A stretch of 61,321 nt of DNA, counting the filler. It is 5 parts of 5 records of this genome, joined end to end, with 100 filler letters (N's around TTAATTAATTAA, not from the genome) between each part and the next. Parts side by side here need not be neighbours in the genome. Positions count along the whole stretch, not along the records: positions 38,293 to 61,321 come from DRR723986_17768; 4 more parts are not named here. One strand, written 5' to 3'. The notes below the pieces were generated by a model. The model saw only the letters and a program-made list of their open reading frames with translations. It ran no database searches and had not been told where the DNA came from. This document shows, piece by piece, positions 58,083-61,321 of this stretch. Each line of letters begins with the position of its first letter. Within the stretch, counting starts at the first letter, position 1. A program made the translations under genes and the position numbers.

Positions 58083-61000
58083 ATGACTTCCGCAACTTAC
58101 AAGCTGAATTCGTCTTTCCCACTCAAGCCACTGGCAGCTGCCGTGTTGCTGGTGTTCAGTGCCAAAGTGCAGACTGCGCCGATTCTTGATGGTGTCTTGG
58201 GCAATAACCTTGATCTGGACGTGTCATTGCCCGGCACCACTGTGATCACTCAGACAGTCAATCAACGTGATGTGATCAGGTGGCAGGAGTTTTCCATCGG
58301 CAGCGGCGAAACAGTTCGATTTGTTCAGCCCGGTGCCGATTCTGTTATTTTGAATCGGGTTGTCGGGGGTAATTCATCTGAAATTTTCGGCAGCCTGGTG
58401 GCCAATGGTCGAATTTTCCTGATCAACCCAAGTGGTATTGTGTTTGGTGCGGGTTCTCAGGTGAATGTGGGTAGTCTTGTAGCGTCTACATTGAATCTCA
58501 AGGGCAATGGTAACGGCAATGGCCAAATGCCCGGTCAAACAATTGAGTTTGAAACAGGTGCAAATGCCGGAGGTATTCTCAATGCTGGCAGCATCACTGC
58601 CAAAGACATCGTATTCCTGGCGCCTTCCATTAAAAACTCGGGAAATCTGACAGCAGGATTGCAACCACAACACCAGGCTGGGTCTGGCGTGTCGGTGAAT
58701 CTTATTGCAGCCAGGGAGGTCACCGTAAATACCTCGGGCAGTGACCTGGTTGTTCAGGCAGTTGAAGGTCACAACAACGCCTTGATTCAACAGCTTGGCC
58801 AGGTGCTGGCCGAGGGCGGACGGATTATTTTGTTGGCCAATGCATCGAACAGCGGCGATCCCAGTGTCATCAACACGGCCGGTGTAAACCAGGCTTCACG
58901 AATCTCAATTGAAGGTGATTTGATTCAATTAACAGGTAGCCTCAACGTGGGTAACCCACAGGGTACTGTAGACGTTATTGCGGGTGAAGTTGGCCAGATG
59001 CACAACGGCCAAAGTGCGGCTTTGCTGTCTGACGGTGGCTTGAATATCAATTCAAGAGGTGGCTTGAGCTTAAACAACGCTGGCAATGACTTCACTGGCT
59101 CGGTCGATTTGACAGCGACAGGGTCAGTTGCAGTTCATGATTCCAACAATTTGCAAGTTTCGGTCGATTCAGGCGGTGAAGCCACACTCAGTGCTCAGAA
59201 CCTTGCCATCAGAAGCCTTGCTTCTGATGGCCTCACAGTCAATGCCAGTGGCAGGATCGAGCAGACTGGCCCGGTGCAGGTGAATGGAAGCACAGTATTG
59301 AATGCAAATGAAATCAACCTGGGGAATCAGGCAAACCAGTTTGATGGCGAGGTATTGATTAACAGCACTGCGGGTACTACTTTACACACCAATGGTGAGT
59401 TGAACATTTCAGGTTCTGCCGCGCAACTGAATTTGACAGCAGCCGAAATTACACAGAGCGCTGCGCTGTCCGTTGCTGGTTTATCCGCCCTGAATGCCAA
59501 TCAGGTCAATCTGCTTGAGTCCGACAATGATTTCGCAGGCAATGTCGAACTTGCGGTGACTGGTGCAGCCACTTTAATTGACATGAATGATCTGGCCGTG
59601 TCGGGGTCTGCCGGTGCAGCCACTTTGTCAGCAGTCAATCAAGTGCAGTTAAACGAACTGACAGTTGAAAGTTTGAATGTTACTGCGGCCAGCATTGCAC
59701 AGAACGGAACACTGACTGTGCAGCAAGGTACAAGCTTGAATGCAAGCGCGGTTCAGTTGGCGGACATATCCAATGATTTCGGCAGCAATGTCGAGCTTGG
59801 CAATGTGGGCACCGCCGAGCTTGCTGATGAGGGCGAGTTGTCTTTGTCAGGGCAGGTCAACAACCTGACCGCAACCGCCCGCAATACCACCCAGTCGGCG
59901 CAGGCAGGGCCGTTGACAGTTAACAACACGGCAACTTTCAATGGCGAGAACGTTGAATTAATTCAGCTTGGCAATACATTTCGCGGCCAGGTCGTTCTCA
60001 ATCTGGATGGTCAGGTTCAATTGGGCAGCGCCGAGGGTATTGCGGTCTCAGGGCGGGCTGCAAGCGCAGTTTTCAACGTAGATTCGATTCGTCAAGGCAC
60101 CACTGAAGCCGATGCGCTGAATGTGCTTGGGCAAACGCACATTAACAACAGCAATTCTGTTCAGCTAAACAACGCGGCAAACCGTTTCGGTTCAACTGTG
60201 GTTCTGCACAATGCAGGCGCAGTAAATTTGAATGGCAACGATACTCTGACTGTTCAGGGTTCTGCCGATGATGTCACTTTGACCACCGGCTCCAATGGGC
60301 AGATTGTTGTAAACGGCTTGAATGCAAACAGCCTGAGTGCAACAGCAACACGAATTGATCAAACTGATTTTTTGAATGTGACAGGCACCAGCGCACTGAG
60401 TGCACAACATATTGATTTGACTGAGTCAGGCAATAATCAATTCGGCTCTTCGGTCACACTCGCTTCCAGTGAAATCGCAGCAATAAAAGCCAACGGTACA
60501 TTGACTGTGGCAGGCAATGTTGCCAGCGGTAGTGTTGAAGCCGATTCCTTGGTGTTCAACGGTTTGACCGCAAGCAATGGCCTGGCAATGAGCGCAGACA
60601 GCATCACGCAAAGCATGGATGTTGATCGTGCCCTGCAGGTGCAAGGTGAAACCCGGATCAACAACTCGGGTGCCGTTGCGTTGAACAATGCAATGAACGA
60701 TTTTAATGGCGATGTGGTTTTGAATACCCAAGGTTCTGTGCGTTTGCGTGACAGCAATACCTTGACGATTGAGGGGCAGGCCGGTTCGCTTGACCTGACA
60801 GCGCTATCCATCGCACAAAGTGACTCACTGGTTGTGGAAACCAGCACTGCCTTGAATGCCGCCGCAGTCAGCCTGAATAACCCTGCGAATGATTTTCAGG
60901 GGCAGGTTAACTTGCTTGGCAATGCACGTGTCAGTTTGCGCGACGAAAACACACTGAACGTGGCAGGCAATGCACAGGAACTTGAGTTGAATGCAAACAC

Positions 61001-61321
61001 TGTTGAAATCGATAATGCGCTGACAGTGAATGAAAGCTTGACCTTGACTTCAGATGTTGTGACACAGGCTTCCTCGGGTGCGGCGGCCTTGATGGTTGGG
61101 GGTGATGCGCGCATTGAGCACCGCGACAACAGCAGCAATACCTTGGTACGGTTGAACAACGCCAACAACGATTTTGTTGGCCTGGTTACTTTAAACAATC
61201 AAGTCAATGTTGAACTGGCTGACCGAAATATGCTGACTGTCCAAGGTGATGTGGGTACCTTGAATGTGAGGGCTTCGCAGCTGGTACAGGTCGGTTCACT
61301 GACTGTTCGAAACAATGCGAC
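58083..61321 (+). CDS. Filamentous-haemagglutinin-like TpsA exoprotein, 3'-truncated (over 1070 aa visible)
   Basis: Not in the ORF track (no stop before the window ends). Read by hand: signal peptide, then WQEFSIGSGETVRFVQP...ILNRVVGG...NGRIFLINPSGIVFG TPS domain; same frame confirmed near 59040 and 61140. Confidence 0.93.
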   Translation, partial: MTSATYKLNSSFPLKPLAAAVLLVFSAKVQTAPILDGVLGNNLDLDVSLPGTTVITQTVNQRDVIRWQEFSIGSGETVRFVQPGADSVILNRVVGGNSSEIFGSLVANGRIFLINPSGIVFGAGSQVNVGSLVASTLNLKGNGNGNGQMPGQTIEFETGANAGGILNAGSITAKDIVFLAPSIKNSGNLTAGLQPQHQAGSGVSVNLIAAREVTVNTSGSDLVVQAVEGHNNALIQQLGQVLAEGGRIILLANASNSGDPSVINTAGVNQASRISIEGDLIQLTGSLNVGNPQGTVDVIAGEVGQMHNGQSAALLSDGGLNINSRGGLSLNNAGNDFTGSVDLTATGSVAVHDSNNLQVSVDSGGEATLSAQNLAIRSLASDGLTVNASGRIEQTGPVQVNGSTVLNANEINLGNQANQFDGEVLINSTAGTTLHTNGELNISGSAAQLNLTAAEITQSAALSVAGLSALNANQVNLLESDNDFAGNVELAVTGAATLIDMNDLAVSGSAGAATLSAVNQVQLNELTVESLNVTAASIAQNGTLTVQQGTSLNASAVQLADISNDFGSNVELGNVGTAELADEGELSLSGQVNNLTATARNTTQSAQAGPLTVNNTATFNGENVELIQLGNTFRGQVVLNLDGQVQLGSAEGIAVSGRAASAVFNVDSIRQGTTEADALNVLGQTHINNSNSVQLNNAANRFGSTVVLHNAGAVNLNGNDTLTVQGSADDVTLTTGSNGQIVVNGLNANSLSATATRIDQTDFLNVTGTSALSAQHIDLTESGNNQFGSSVTLASSEIAAIKANGTLTVAGNVASGSVEADSLVFNGLTASNGLAMSADSITQSMDVDRALQVQGETRINNSGAVALNNAMNDFNGDVVLNTQGSVRLRDSNTLTIEGQAGSLDLTALSIAQSDSLVVETSTALNAAAVSLNNPANDFQGQVNLLGNARVSLRDENTLNVAGNAQELELNANTVEIDNALTVNESLTLTSDVVTQASSGAAALMVGGDARIEHRDNSSNTLVRLNNANNDFVGLVTLNNQVNVELADRNMLTVQGDVGTLNVRASQLVQVGSLTVRNNA
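59070..61250 (+). repeat. About 10 degenerate protein-level repeats in TpsA (L.N..NDF.G.V.L......L.D...L.V.G)
   Basis: LNNAGNDFTGSV, LGNQANQFDGEV, LLESDNDFAGNV, LADISNDFGSNV, LIQLGNTFRGQV, LNNAANRFGSTV, LTESGNNQFGSSV, LNNAMNDFNGDV, LNNPANDFQGQV, LNNANNDFVGLV, spaced about 60-95 aa apart. Confidence 0.8.

Noticed and set aside
58083-61321. CdiA contact-dependent inhibition toxin
   Set aside because: The C-terminus is outside the window and no VENN-type motif or immunity gene is visible; cannot be supported.
1-61321. CRISPR arrays, tRNA/rRNA genes, IS elements, integrases, prophage
   Set aside because: No regularly spaced repeat-spacer array, no recognisable structural RNA gene, and no transposase or integrase motif was seen by eye; VgrG is the only phage-tail-related gene.

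Overview
This window is not one locus. It is five unrelated contigs joined by 100-nt artificial spacers (N-run/TTAATTAATTAA/N-run at 5943-6042, 17542-17641, 28121-28220, 38193-38292), so gene context can only be read within each piece. (1) 1-5942, GC-rich and Rhodobacteraceae-like: phaZ(partial)-phaC-phaP-phaR with PhaR-type CTGC-N3-GCAG boxes, followed by a DegT-family aminotransferase, a class I glutamine amidotransferase and an ABC permease 3' end. (2) 6043-17541, Rhodobacteraceae-like: bpt/ate-RDD-DUF2852, a lower-GC two-gene insert (GNAT; cyclase-hydrolase fusion) punctuated by related ~29-bp imperfect palindromes, then ybaK-like/glnE, a lipoprotein, an RlmI-like methyltransferase, a PIN protein and higBA. 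(3) 17642-28120, alphaproteobacterial: an operon of two phytoene-dehydrogenase-like flavoproteins, a GcvT-like protein, a class III aminotransferase and a PotD/F-like binding protein, opposite a BetI-type TetR gene; then a MetE-like/hydrolase/RraA-like set. (4) 28221-38192, lower GC: RND permease (partial), SapC, glpK, an OxyR-like LysR lacking the redox cysteines opposite a BicA-like SulP, and rpoE-chrR with an autoregulatory promoter and a ChrR lacking its ZAS cysteines. (5) 38293-61321, betaproteobacterial-like: lipA (partial), DM13, a solute-binding protein, then a two-operon type VI secretion-related locus (tssK-tssL-tssM-tagF-ppkA divergent from ompA-like-vgrG-DUF4123-two unknown genes-fha-pppA-tpsB-tpsA). 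No sheath, tube, wedge, TssA, TssJ, ClpV or PAAR gene is visible, and the locus runs into a two-partner secretion pair whose TpsA leaves the window. Best candidates for an undescribed system: the sheath-less T6SS/TPS hybrid locus, the putative N-methyl-amine catabolic operon, and the repeat-punctuated cassette-like insert. Family and taxonomic calls come from recognising motifs by eye; no searches were run. No rRNA, tRNA, CRISPR array or transposase was seen.
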